64,000 nt of DNA from Eubacteriales bacterium (GCA_045535665.1 JAZSMD010000067.1:23227-87226); one strand, 5' to 3'. Numbered from the stretch's first letter, positions 45,486 through 55,387 are shown. A program made the numbers and translations. Notes: generated by a model from the letters alone, not told the origin.

Positions 45486-46553
45486 TTATTTATATAGAAT
45501 CTTTTTCAAACAAGGGAACAAGCTCTCTGCCATACACATAAAACCGAGATCATTGGGGTGGCAGTCATCAACCGTACAGCTGTCACCGCCAAAAATTTTG
45601 AAGATATCCTCACCGTCAATGAAATATACGTTCTTATCGCCTTTTGCTAATGCATTTTCATAAGTCTTTTTAACGGTATCACGCCTGATAACCTCATCTT
45701 CCGTAAGGCGTAACTTCGGCCTTGACATCATAATTATTGGCAATTCGGGATTTTTCTCTCTGATCTTACAGAAAAACTTCTCATGTGTTGCATCCAAATG
45801 ATCGGATGAAGGAGCATTATGGTCGTAATCAAGAACAAAAGCAGACATTTTCAAGCTTGAAATATAATCGCAAACAGCATCTTCACCTCTTGCACTTCCT
45901 GAAAAACCAAGATTTATATGGTCACAATTAAGTTTTCTGGAAAGTATACCCTGATATGAATTTCCGGGTCTGGACGCACATCCGCCCTGAGTTATGGAGC
46001 TGCCGTAATAAACGATGGGATCAGTAACAGCATATTCGGAAGCTTCCTGCAAAACAGAACCTGCTTTCAAACCAATCTCAAGCTGAATAACACCAGTATA
46101 TAAGGGGAAATTCAAAGTATATTCTGTAAGACCGTTTTCCCCAACGATGATCAAAGAGTCGTAACCGTCGGTAACATCAACGGGAGGGAAAAAAGAGCCA
46201 ACAAACATATCCTCACCGCATTTATTTTTATAAAGATCAAATCCGACACTTCCCGTAAAGGCAAAATGAGGCATTTTCCCCAGATTATGGAGCTTTGACC
46301 TTATTGCAATATAAGGAGAATCCGTTTTAAATTTAATTCTGCCGCCTGCGGTATGCAGATTCAGAACCGCAACCCCTTCATTTGTATTTTTTGCGACATC
46401 TTCGGGCATTCTTACAAAATAATTGCGACATTCTTCCGGTGGAATAACTCCGAACAGCTTAATGGGACTTTTCAGACAGTCCACAAAAACTACATCTTCT
46501 TTGCCGCAAAAGGATATAGGTTTAAAATTCTTATCAATTTCTTCAATTCTCAT
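45486..46553 (-). CDS. SGNH/GDSL-type hydrolase (carbohydrate esterase-like)
   Basis: It has block I VYYGSSITQG (the Ser nucleophile) and block V DDCHPNDLG (D-x-x-H). The start is set at MRIEEIDKNF (46553), preceded by GGAG. The listed start at 46601 would overlap the GNAT gene by 59 nt. Confidence 0.7.
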   Translation of the reverse strand: MRIEEIDKNFKPISFCGKEDVVFVDCLKSPIKLFGVIPPEECRNYFVRMPEDVAKNTNEGVAVLNLHTAGGRIKFKTDSPYIAIRSKLHNLGKMPHFAFTGSVGFDLYKNKCGEDMFVGSFFPPVDVTDGYDSLIIVGENGLTEYTLNFPLYTGVIQLEIGLKAGSVLQEASEYAVTDPIVYYGSSITQGGCASRPGNSYQGILSRKLNCDHINLGFSGSARGEDAVCDYISSLKMSAFVLDYDHNAPSSDHLDATHEKFFCKIREKNPELPIIMMSRPKLRLTEDEVIRRDTVKKTYENALAKGDKNVYFIDGEDIFKIFGGDSCTVDDCHPNDLGFMCMAESLFPCLKKILYK

Positions 46554-47043
46554 CTGAGCCACTCCATTTCTGATATGCGATTCTCGGTTCGCCGTTTTCA
46601 AGTTTAATTATACCGCAACGTATAAAGCCTTCTTTTTCAAGCTGATGCTGCATGACTTTATTATCATTATGGGTATCGATTTTTATATTATCGGAATATT
46701 TCAATGCATAATTTACACACTCATGAAGCATTCCTTTTTTCTTTCCTGAGCTTGCGACTCTGTGTATCGCAGCATATGGCTTGTCATTAAGCCAAGCCCC
46801 TTCAATTTCATTATAGGTGGGGTCAACTCCGGGAATAAACGCAAAAACAGCAAGAATATCGGCATCTTCGCAAACCAAATACAGATTTCCGAGTTCAATA
46901 TCTTTTTCAAGAAGCTCCTTCGGAGGATAAATATTTTTCCATTGGTTGGCATTTCCCGTATTCCGCATAAATCTTCTTGCAATAGCATAGATCTCCATGA
47001 TCTCATTCAATTCCTGCACGGTAGCTTTTCGTACAACTGTCAT
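46543..47043 (-). CDS. GNAT family N-acetyltransferase
   Basis: 166 aa. AAIHRVASSGKKKGMLHECVNYA fits the acetyl-CoA binding motif A region (R/Q-x-x-G-x-G/A), and the length is typical. Confidence 0.7.
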   Translation of the reverse strand: MTVVRKATVQELNEIMEIYAIARRFMRNTGNANQWKNIYPPKELLEKDIELGNLYLVCEDADILAVFAFIPGVDPTYNEIEGAWLNDKPYAAIHRVASSGKKKGMLHECVNYALKYSDNIKIDTHNDNKVMQHQLEKEGFIRCGIIKLENGEPRIAYQKWSGSDEN

Positions 47044-47102
47044 TCAAAAATCCCCTTTTTCGGTAAAAACCAAAACTAAAAATAAAATTTCATGTAAGTC
47101 TA

Positions 47103-47131
47103 TTGACTTTTTCTTTCAAATAAGATATACT
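47103..47131 (+). promoter_or_regulatory. candidate sigma-A promoter for the HAD hydrolase gene
   Basis: TTGACT, a 17-nt spacer, then TATACT. Confidence 0.4.
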
Positions 47132-47146
47132 TAGTTTCATACTATG

Positions 47147-47175
47147 ATTTTATCATATTTAAGCGCAAATGTCAA
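47147..47175 (-). promoter_or_regulatory. sigma-A promoter of the GNAT-SGNH-GH127 operon
   Basis: The minus strand reads TTGACA, a 17-nt spacer ending TGA, then TAAAAT. Confidence 0.55.
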
Positions 47176-47212
47176 CTACTGAAAGAATTTTATATAGAAA
47201 AAGGATAAAAAA

Positions 47213-47923
47213 ATGGATAAAAATATCAAATTAGTCTTGTTTGACCTTGACGGAACTCTCTTACCTATGGACCAAGACCTCTTTGTTGGGACATACTTCA
47301 AATTACTCTCAAAAAAAATGACTGAGCACGGGTATGATCCTAAAGCTCTTATAGATAATGTATGGAAATGCACGTACGCAATGATCAAGAATAACGGTAA
47401 AAAAACAAACGAAACTGTTTTTTGGGAGAATTTTACTGAAATTTACGGAAAAGACAGCCTTAAAGATACACCTTTATTTGATAAATTTTATGAATCAGAT
47501 TTTCAAAAGGTAAAAGAAGTTGTCGGTTTTAACCCCAAAGCAAAAGAAGTAATTACGATTTTAAAGAATAAGGGATACAGAACAGCTCTTGCCACAAATC
47601 CCGTATTCCCTGCCGTAGCAACGAGAAGCAGATGCAAATGGGCAGGTATCGAGCCTGAGGAATTTGAACTCATAACAACTTATGAAAATTCTTCATTCAG
47701 TAAACCAAGCCCGCAATATTTCATTGAAATAGCAGACAAACTAAACATCAAGCCAGAAGAATGTCTCATGGTGGGAAACGATGTTTCCGAAGACGGTGCG
47801 GCTTTAAAAACAGGAATGAAAGTATTTTTTCTTACAGACTGCATAATAAATAAAAATAATGAGGATATTGTTTCATACCCTCACGGAAGTTTCGACGAAC
47901 TTATAAACTATATCAACAATTAA
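47213..47923 (+). CDS. HAD superfamily hydrolase
   Basis: 236 aa with motif I FDLDGTL, motif II LATN, and motif IV GNDVSED. Confidence 0.85.
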   Translation: MDKNIKLVLFDLDGTLLPMDQDLFVGTYFKLLSKKMTEHGYDPKALIDNVWKCTYAMIKNNGKKTNETVFWENFTEIYGKDSLKDTPLFDKFYESDFQKVKEVVGFNPKAKEVITILKNKGYRTALATNPVFPAVATRSRCKWAGIEPEEFELITTYENSSFSKPSPQYFIEIADKLNIKPEECLMVGNDVSEDGAALKTGMKVFFLTDCIINKNNEDIVSYPHGSFDELINYINN

Positions 47924-47934
47924 ACTCTCATATA

Positions 47935-47969
47935 AAAACCTCTTTTCTCGAAAACAGAAAAGAGGTTTT
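47935..47969. terminator. bidirectional terminator between convergent genes
   Basis: AAAACCTCTTTTCT-CGAAAAC-AGAAAAGAGGTTTT has A/T runs on both sides. Confidence 0.7.
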
Positions 47970-47995
47970 TAATCTTAAAACTTATTTACTTTAAA

Positions 47996-49438
47996 TCAAT
48001 CGTTATATCCGGGGAAGAGTTTTTCCATTGTCTCTTTAACGGGAATAAATTCTTCTTCAAGGAGAGTATTGATCTGAGTTGCATACATGTCAAGAACAGT
48101 AGAAACTTCAGAACGTTCAAGAGCTTCTGCTATAGCGTAGTTAACTTCGTTGGAATCGGGATGCTGAGGCAGAACCCTGAGTGATTCAGCAAGTTTAAAT
48201 ACGATCTCTGTATCTCTTTCATCAAAGAAAATACTTGAATTATATGTATCTCTCAAAGCATCCATATCCTCATAACCTTCAAAAGGTTCATAAATTGCGC
48301 TGAGAACCTTTGCGGCAGCATCGGGATAATTGGAGAATGAAGTTATAAATATTGCTTCAACATTTCGTTCAAACTGTCCGAAGATACTCTTTCCATCGGG
48401 AGAGGGGAAAGGAAGAACACCGTATTCAAAACCTGCAGAAGGAATAGTATCAGCAGGATTTGTTAAAGAAACCGTATGCATTGTACTGATCGCAACCTGA
48501 TTTTTCTTCCAAAGATCAGCCTGGTCGCCTACACTGCTGAGGAATACCATATCGCTGAGATCACCGACAAAATAATCACGAACCTTCTGAGCCGCCTGGC
48601 GACCTGCAGGTGAAAGAGCACCGGCTTCCCAAGCACCGTTTGCATCCTTCTGTGCCCAGTCTGCACCGTAATACTGCAAAAGCATTTCATAGAAATGTCT
48701 TTCATTTACGGAATATCCGTAAACAACTTCTTCAGTGTTTGCGGAAGGCTGTGCGTAAATTGGAATAAGCTCTTCCAATTTATCCAAAGTCCAAACGCCT
48801 TCCTCAAAGAATTCTCTGGGGTCTGTCTGACCGATGGATTTTATATAATTAATATTGGGAACAAGAATAAAGTCACTGCTTGCGAACTGAAGTTCAGGCC
48901 AATAGTTAGGGATAACACCGTATATTTCGCCATCCCACGCAAACATTTCCAAACGTTCGGGAGAGCCCCATTTAGCGCTGTCGTAAATATCAATATAGTT
49001 AGAGACCTCAGACATGGGAATAACAGCATCCTTAAGCTGCGCCATAGAGAAGTCCTCATAACCCATACCTATATTTACATCAAGCTTACCACCTCCTGAA
49101 GCCAACAAATAGATGCAATTTTCAACAAAGGCCTCATCACTTGCCAATTCCTTGGAAAGCTCAATATTAACATCAAGATCTTTTTCTACCTGAGCGATTC
49201 TGGCAATGGCAAGATCTGCAAAGTTTGTATTCATTGCATAACCGAGATACATTCCCCCCTCTTCCGGCTTTGTAGGATCTTCAGGACCGAAAGCAGCTTT
49301 AAAATAAAGAGTGATTCCGTCAAGAGTTCCTGTATCGTTAACGTTGTTCAAAAAGTCCAAAAGCTCAGGAGCTGAAGAACAAGCACTGATAAGCATAAAA
49401 CAAGCTAAAAGTATAAATGCGGTTAATTTCTTTGTCAT
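47996..49438 (-). CDS. extracellular solute-binding lipoprotein (ABC family 1-like), orphan
   Basis: 480 aa with lipobox LISAC. Its size and composition are typical of sugar-binding SBPs. No permease or ATPase gene is adjacent. The assignment is by general resemblance only. Confidence 0.5.
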   Translation of the reverse strand: MTKKLTAFILLACFMLISACSSAPELLDFLNNVNDTGTLDGITLYFKAAFGPEDPTKPEEGGMYLGYAMNTNFADLAIARIAQVEKDLDVNIELSKELASDEAFVENCIYLLASGGGKLDVNIGMGYEDFSMAQLKDAVIPMSEVSNYIDIYDSAKWGSPERLEMFAWDGEIYGVIPNYWPELQFASSDFILVPNINYIKSIGQTDPREFFEEGVWTLDKLEELIPIYAQPSANTEEVVYGYSVNERHFYEMLLQYYGADWAQKDANGAWEAGALSPAGRQAAQKVRDYFVGDLSDMVFLSSVGDQADLWKKNQVAISTMHTVSLTNPADTIPSAGFEYGVLPFPSPDGKSIFGQFERNVEAIFITSFSNYPDAAAKVLSAIYEPFEGYEDMDALRDTYNSSIFFDERDTEIVFKLAESLRVLPQHPDSNEVNYAIAEALERSEVSTVLDMYATQINTLLEEEFIPVKETMEKLFPGYND

Positions 49439-49489
49439 AATAAATATCCTTTCTTGAATAATATTTACATCTATTTACTCTGTGTCTTT

Positions 49490-49518
49490 ATTATAACATA
49501 ATAAAAATCGAAAGTCAA
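49490..49518 (-). promoter_or_regulatory. sigma-A promoter of the SBP gene
   Basis: The minus strand reads TTGACT, a 17-nt spacer ending TGT, then TATAAT. Confidence 0.6.
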
Positions 49519-49580
49519 GACTAAAAACACTTAAAATAAAAATTACTTAAATAAATTTATACCGAAATATCTTTTCCAAC

Positions 49581-49609
49581 TTGACAAAGCTTAAATTATA
49601 TGATAAAAT
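49581..49609 (+). promoter_or_regulatory. sigma-A promoter of the alpha-galactosidase-like gene
   Basis: TTGACA, a 17-nt spacer ending TGA, then TAAAAT. Confidence 0.6.
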
Positions 49610-49639
49610 TATATAAAATAATTGATCAGGAGCAAAAAA

Positions 49640-51265
49640 ATGAAACTCAGATTACCCGATATGATTCGTATTTACGGTGAGAACTGGACAAAGGAATTCA
49701 ACTGTGAATATGTAGACGGAAATGGATTCCACATAGATTTTGACGATGTAAATATTGATCTTGAAAAAAAAGAAGCCCTTGAAGTCAGAGTAAAGGCAGA
49801 AAGTACTCCCTTAAACTTCATCCGTTTAAGATATAATTTTACGGAAGAGGAAAAACGCAAGGACATTATTAAAATAATGGGGGACACCTTTGAAAGAGGC
49901 TATGGAGATCTTGAATGGTTCGGCATAAAGCCCGAAAGAACTTTTCCATGGTATATGCTCGTATCCAACGGAAGCGACTCTGATCTTGACTGTAGTGAAA
50001 GATTTACAGAAGGCTTTGGCGTAAAAACCATGACAAACTCTTTTGTTGTATGGCAGTACGACTCCGCAGGCATACTTGTATGGATAGATATCCGTAACGG
50101 AGGAAAGGGCGTTCACCTCAACGGAAGAGAGCTTCTTGCATGTGAGATACTTTTCGGTGAATTTCCGAAAATGTCTGCATTCCATGCAGGTAAGGAATTT
50201 TGCAAAAAGATGTGTCCAAACCCCGTTTTGCCGAAGCATAAGGTATACGGCTCAAACAACTGGTATTATGCTTACGGCAATTCATCCCATGACGAAATTT
50301 TGGGAGACACAAAAATAGTTGCCGATGCTTGTAAAGGATTGGAAAACATTCCTTATATGGTCATAGATGACGGTTGGCACAAAAACAGAACAGATGGACC
50401 TTGGGATGTTCTTAATGAAAGATTCCGTGATATGAAAGAACTGGCTTCCGAAATGTCTGCAATGGGAGTTCGTCCCGGTATTTGGGTAAGATATCTTGCA
50501 GATACAAGATATGAAGTTAAAAACAAAGACTCCGATTGGAGATTCAAGCGTGACCCTCAATTTCTTGACCCATCACATCCCGAAGTTATTGAATATGTAA
50601 AGAAAACAACAAAAATGCTTGTAGATTGGGGTTACAAGCTCATAAAACACGACTTTTCAACCCACGATATTTTCGGAAAATTCCGCATGGTTGAAAGAAT
50701 AACTCACAACGGATGGGAGTTCTATGATAAAACAAGAACTTCAGCGGAAATAGTGGTTGATTTCTATAAAGCAGTAAAAGAAGCCGCAGGCGATGACTGC
50801 GTTATAATCGGATGTAACACTATCGGTCATCTTTGCGCAGGAATTTATGAGCTTAACCGTACGGGGGACGACACAAGTGGCAGAAGATTTGAAGAAACCC
50901 GCAAAATGGGCGTAAACACCCTCGCATTCAGAATGATACAAAACGAAACCTTCTACATGGCTGATGCTGACTGTGTAGGTATCATGGGTCCCATTCCTTG
51001 GGAATTGAACAAAGAATGGCTTACAGCCCTCTCAAGAAGCGGTTCACCGTTATTTGTTTCATGCAAACCCGGAGTTCTGAACGAATCCGAAATGGAAGAA
51101 CTCAGCGAAGCATACAAAATAAACTCCGTTCAGGAAAACGAACTCCGTCCTTTGGATTGGATGGAAAACGTCTGTCCCAACAGGTGGCTTCTTGACGGAA
51201 AGGAAATCGAATTCAAATGGTACGACCACGCAGGTCCTGAGTACTACAATCCTTATTGGGATTAA
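49640..51265 (+). CDS. alpha-galactosidase-like glycoside hydrolase (GH27/GH36 clan)
   Basis: It has MVIDDGWHKN (the melibiase motif) and YKLIKHDF (the K-x-D nucleophile context). The start is set at ATG 49640, 7 nt after AGGAG, rather than at TTG 49622. It has no signal peptide. Confidence 0.55.
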   Translation: MKLRLPDMIRIYGENWTKEFNCEYVDGNGFHIDFDDVNIDLEKKEALEVRVKAESTPLNFIRLRYNFTEEEKRKDIIKIMGDTFERGYGDLEWFGIKPERTFPWYMLVSNGSDSDLDCSERFTEGFGVKTMTNSFVVWQYDSAGILVWIDIRNGGKGVHLNGRELLACEILFGEFPKMSAFHAGKEFCKKMCPNPVLPKHKVYGSNNWYYAYGNSSHDEILGDTKIVADACKGLENIPYMVIDDGWHKNRTDGPWDVLNERFRDMKELASEMSAMGVRPGIWVRYLADTRYEVKNKDSDWRFKRDPQFLDPSHPEVIEYVKKTTKMLVDWGYKLIKHDFSTHDIFGKFRMVERITHNGWEFYDKTRTSAEIVVDFYKAVKEAAGDDCVIIGCNTIGHLCAGIYELNRTGDDTSGRRFEETRKMGVNTLAFRMIQNETFYMADADCVGIMGPIPWELNKEWLTALSRSGSPLFVSCKPGVLNESEMEELSEAYKINSVQENELRPLDWMENVCPNRWLLDGKEIEFKWYDHAGPEYYNPYWD

Positions 51266-51285
51266 AATTGAATAAAAAAATATTT

Positions 51286-51337
51286 GCAGGGGTATTCTTT
51301 TCGTGTGAAAAGAATACCCCTGCATCCCAAGAAAAGC
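51286..51337 (+). repeat. hairpin-plus-tail intergenic repeat, copy C
   Basis: GCAGGGGTATTCTTTTC-GTGT-GAAAAGAATACCCCTGC (a 17-bp perfect stem) is followed by AT-CCCAAGAAAAGC. It lies between convergent stops at 51265 and 51385. Confidence 0.75.
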
Positions 51338-51384
51338 AGATTAAGAAAAGTTATCATCTTCTCAAATTTGCTTTATTTTTTACG

Positions 51385-53568
51385 TTAATCTCTCCAGTCA
51401 CCGGGAATCTGAGTAAAGTCAACACCGTTGAAATCTCCTATCCAACCGCTTGAACCCTCACGAACAGTTTGAATACCGTAAGAAAGCATATGTTCAGCCA
51501 TTGACTGATTCTGTGCCGCATAAGCTTCATAAGTTTTATCCCGTGAATATCTGACAATAGCAACCCTGAAATCAACCTGTTCCTGTTCTGTAAATTCATC
51601 GGGATTTGCGGCAAAATAATTCATAAGGAGTCTACCTACAGCACTGTTACCAAAACCGAGATTTTTACCGTCATAATAGGCTCTGAGGAACTCAACCTGA
51701 ATGGAGCTCTTATCAACAGCAGCTTTCTGCTGATCTGTTTCCGCAGCTGCATATGCTTCTGCAAAAAGTCTCTCGCCTTCGGTAATTATCTGAGGAACTT
51801 CGGTGTAACCTCTGTACCAATTCCAATATTTAGTCCAATCGGTAATTTCATAATTACGTATCATATCCGCTGTAAGATCTTCGGGATATGTATCGTGAGT
51901 ATGGATATTCGTTGCTTTAGGCCATGGGAATACTTCCTCTGCATCGGGATAAATATCCCAGCACTGAGACTCGGAAAGCTCTTCGGCAAGGTCAATATAA
52001 GCCCTGATACTCTTCCAGCCTGCACCGTAATAACCTTCAAGGAAGTCATCCATATGAGCATAGAATTCTTCTTTGGTCATGTACGGATCCCACATAATTT
52101 TTGAAAGAAGATAACATCTAAGTTCTTCAAATTCACCGCCTATAGAACCCCACATACTTTGGTCATTGATACCGTCAACTCCGTTATCCGCAAAGAGCTT
52201 CATATCTTCAAGAAGAACGTCAAAATTGGGGTTAGTCTGAGACCAATTACGGAAGTTTGTTGAGTAGTTCCAGATATAGAGCTTATCTGTAATAGCCGTC
52301 CAGTCCTTCAAGTCCTGAACAAAAGTTTTTGTACTCTTTTTATCGTTATTTTCTGCATGGTCAAGATTGGAACACTCCTCAAAGGTATGGGAGAAACAAC
52401 ACTCAATGGAGCAGAGCCAGATAATAACATTCTTTTCGGGAACAGTATTTATTGGAGCTTCTCGAGTACCCTGGTAAGCATATGTCCAAACATAAGTATC
52501 GGGCATTTCATCCTTAAGAACAGATGCAACTTTATTTACAAACCGAAGCATGGGACCTGAATTTACTCCGCCCTCTTCCTGATTTACATTTTCACATTCG
52601 TCACAATGGCAGTAGCCGCCGGTATCGTTCTGAGAAATAGGAATAAATGTGGTATAAGGATATTTAGCTTTCAAATTGCGAAGATAATCCAAAGTTATTT
52701 GGAAAACATCCGGATTTGTGAAACAAAGCTGGTCTGTAGTACGATCACCGTTTTCATTCAATGCAAAATATTCGGGATGTTCTGCAAACATAGATGCAGG
52801 AATAATTCTCTGAAGATTGTGACCGTCGTCGGCAGGTGTAAAGTAAGGACCACCTACTTCTTCATAAATTCTGTTATACTGCTCAACATTACCGTGGGCA
52901 AAGTCACCGTTCACCTTACGTTTAGCGCAATAGTAACCGTTACTGAAGCATGTCCAGTCAATCTCTCTGTATTCAAAAACGGGAATCTGTTTATCCTCTT
53001 CAATTTTTTCAATTGAAACAGTCTTCATTTCAGGAATCTTTTCCACACTTGCGGTGTAGAATCTACAGCCTAAATACGCTTCAAGGAATTCGTAAACAGA
53101 ATAAAGCGTACCTCTCTGCTCACCGCCCACAAGATAAAGCTTTGAACCGTCTGTTTTTATCACAAAACCGTCCTGGCCAAGCTCTTCACGGTTAAACTCT
53201 CCGTCATTTTCACGGTTTGTTTTACCTATAACAATCTCTTTTTCACCAGCCACAGTTGAATCCGTAACAATGGGAATTTCAACACCTGTGATCTGCTTCA
53301 AATATTTTTGAAGTTCAGTTGAAGCTGTAATCTCTGAAATGTACGCATTTTCACCTCTTACGATAACGTAATCGGATACACCCTCAACAACAATATCAAC
53401 AGTTTCGGGTGGAATAACTTCTTCCCCTCCCTGGTTTTCATCAGGGTAAAGCTCTTCTTGCTGTTGATTATTGGGGTTTTCCACATCTTCAACAGGCTCT
53501 TTGTTACATGCCGCAAGCATTGTCAGCAACATTAACATAGCAAGGAGTGTACATACTATTTTTTTCAT
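51385..53568 (-). CDS. putative glycan-active lipoprotein (possibly DUF4838-like), function unknown
   Basis: 727 aa with lipobox LAAC and an acidic/Gln-rich linker. It has a Cys cluster, GGYCHCDECE. The family guess is from overall resemblance only. Confidence 0.35.
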   Translation of the reverse strand: MKKIVCTLLAMLMLLTMLAACNKEPVEDVENPNNQQQEELYPDENQGGEEVIPPETVDIVVEGVSDYVIVRGENAYISEITASTELQKYLKQITGVEIPIVTDSTVAGEKEIVIGKTNRENDGEFNREELGQDGFVIKTDGSKLYLVGGEQRGTLYSVYEFLEAYLGCRFYTASVEKIPEMKTVSIEKIEEDKQIPVFEYREIDWTCFSNGYYCAKRKVNGDFAHGNVEQYNRIYEEVGGPYFTPADDGHNLQRIIPASMFAEHPEYFALNENGDRTTDQLCFTNPDVFQITLDYLRNLKAKYPYTTFIPISQNDTGGYCHCDECENVNQEEGGVNSGPMLRFVNKVASVLKDEMPDTYVWTYAYQGTREAPINTVPEKNVIIWLCSIECCFSHTFEECSNLDHAENNDKKSTKTFVQDLKDWTAITDKLYIWNYSTNFRNWSQTNPNFDVLLEDMKLFADNGVDGINDQSMWGSIGGEFEELRCYLLSKIMWDPYMTKEEFYAHMDDFLEGYYGAGWKSIRAYIDLAEELSESQCWDIYPDAEEVFPWPKATNIHTHDTYPEDLTADMIRNYEITDWTKYWNWYRGYTEVPQIITEGERLFAEAYAAAETDQQKAAVDKSSIQVEFLRAYYDGKNLGFGNSAVGRLLMNYFAANPDEFTEQEQVDFRVAIVRYSRDKTYEAYAAQNQSMAEHMLSYGIQTVREGSSGWIGDFNGVDFTQIPGDWRD

Positions 53569-53754
53569 CGGTTTATTCCTTCTTTCTTATGTTGTTTAGT
53601 CTGTAAGAACTCTACTGTATTTTACCATAAAAAGAGCAAAAAGTCTATAAATATCCATTGACAATTTACCCCCGTAAATATTTGTAACACAGCCGACAAG
53701 CGTCCAAATCAACAGATCAGGATTATAAAACAGATTTTCAAATATTCTGAACAA

Positions 53755-55308
53755 TTACATTTCCGCATCCGCAGGAATATAAGGCAATGTAAATCCTATA
53801 AGATTTGCTCCCTCACAAGCAGCAGCTCTCTTAAATCTGCTACCCTTGAAGCGTTTGAAGAAAACTTCCAACCACTTGTCAATTTCATCGTCGTCATATT
53901 CTTCAAATGTTGCAAGCATATAATGACGGATCTCTTCTTTTGACAAGTGAAGCTTTGCATAGTAATACATAATAAAATCATGAAGAACATAAGGTCCTAC
54001 GATATCTTCAGTTACCTGTCCTTCTTTAAGTTCGGGGCTTATAGGTGTTTCAACAACGTCGAAAAGAACTTTTCCCAGATCGCCTTCGTTTTCAGCAGAA
54101 AGCTGACGAACAAGCTGTTGCATAACTGTCTTGGGAACAGTTGCGTTCACATTGTAATGACCGAGAGTATCTCCACCGAAAGTACAGAAACCAAGAGCTG
54201 CTTCTGACATATCTCCCGTACCCATTACAAGGGCATTATATTTATTTGCAATATCAAAAGCAACCTGTGCGCGTTCTCTTGCCTGAGCATTTTCATAAAC
54301 CACGTCATGGTTATCGATATCTGCTCCGATATCTGCAAGATGACCTGTTACAGCATTTTTAATATCGATCTCCAAAGCTGTAACATTCAAAAGCTCCATA
54401 AGCTTCTTTGCATTATTGTATGTTCTGCCACCTGTACCAAAACAGGGCTGAGTAATTGCAATAATATTCTGTGAAGGCATATTAAGCATTTTCATTGTTT
54501 CGTTTGCAACCATAAGTGCAAGAGTAGAGTCAAGACCCCCTGACACATTTACAACAACACGGAAAATACCTGCACTCTTAAGTCTTGTATATAAAGCCTG
54601 AACCTGCAGTTTGAAAAGCTCGGAAAGATATCTTTTAGGCTCATTTTTACCGAAATAAGGAATACGGTAGTCTATTGCACGGTTTCTTGTATAAACAAGT
54701 CCTGTTTCCTTTGTGTAATCCACAAGGCAGTAGGTAAGTTCGGGGGCATCCTGAGCTTTAAAGTCTACAATAACACCGTTTTTAAAAATACCTGCAAAAC
54801 CCTTGAACACATTATCTGCAGAGCTTTCGCCAAAACCTGAGTTTGCAACAAGAACAGAACACTTTTTATCCAAAGAAGCCTTTGCACAGAATTCAATAAC
54901 ATCATTCTGAATGCAAGGATAGCTGGGCATAGCTGTGGGAAGAAGAAGCAAGTCAAAAGCTTCTTTTACGGACTGGGAAACGGAAACCTTTTTGCCTTCA
55001 CACATGAAGGTCGTGTTTTTAAGAATATCACCATCTTTAATTACAACATTATCATGACCGCGAACAGCTGTTACAATTATTTTACCATTATCTTCGGTAA
55101 ACTCGCAAAGCTTGTCTATAGCCTCTTCAATTTCTTCTTTGAAATACTTGAAATCAATAAGACGGCCACAAGTTGCACCCTCAAGACAGTATGCGGGGAA
55201 AAGATAAATATCCGCATCGTTGTTTTCATTTATTATATTGATGATAGTTTCTGCATTCGCCATAGGATTTCCGAGTCTTATGGGGAATACGCCTGAAAAT
55301 AATTTCAT
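53755..55308 (-). CDS. nadE: NAD+ synthase with divergent N-terminal CN-hydrolase-like domain
   Basis: 517 aa. The synthetase domain has the PP-loop VVNVSGGLDSTLAL. The N-terminal ~240 aa resemble the glutaminase domain but read LFPAYCLEG where FPEL is expected. Confidence 0.8.
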   Translation of the reverse strand: MKLFSGVFPIRLGNPMANAETIINIINENNDADIYLFPAYCLEGATCGRLIDFKYFKEEIEEAIDKLCEFTEDNGKIIVTAVRGHDNVVIKDGDILKNTTFMCEGKKVSVSQSVKEAFDLLLLPTAMPSYPCIQNDVIEFCAKASLDKKCSVLVANSGFGESSADNVFKGFAGIFKNGVIVDFKAQDAPELTYCLVDYTKETGLVYTRNRAIDYRIPYFGKNEPKRYLSELFKLQVQALYTRLKSAGIFRVVVNVSGGLDSTLALMVANETMKMLNMPSQNIIAITQPCFGTGGRTYNNAKKLMELLNVTALEIDIKNAVTGHLADIGADIDNHDVVYENAQARERAQVAFDIANKYNALVMGTGDMSEAALGFCTFGGDTLGHYNVNATVPKTVMQQLVRQLSAENEGDLGKVLFDVVETPISPELKEGQVTEDIVGPYVLHDFIMYYYAKLHLSKEEIRHYMLATFEEYDDDEIDKWLEVFFKRFKGSRFKRAAACEGANLIGFTLPYIPADAEM

Positions 55309-55358
55309 ATTTTAAAGATCCTTTCATTTGTAAGTCTGTCCAATATTTACTACCTTAT

Positions 55359-55387
55359 ATTGTATCATGTTTAAACGAATATGTCAA
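55359..55387 (-). promoter_or_regulatory. sigma-A promoter of nadE
   Basis: The minus strand reads TTGACA, a 17-nt spacer ending TGA, then TACAAT. Confidence 0.6.
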
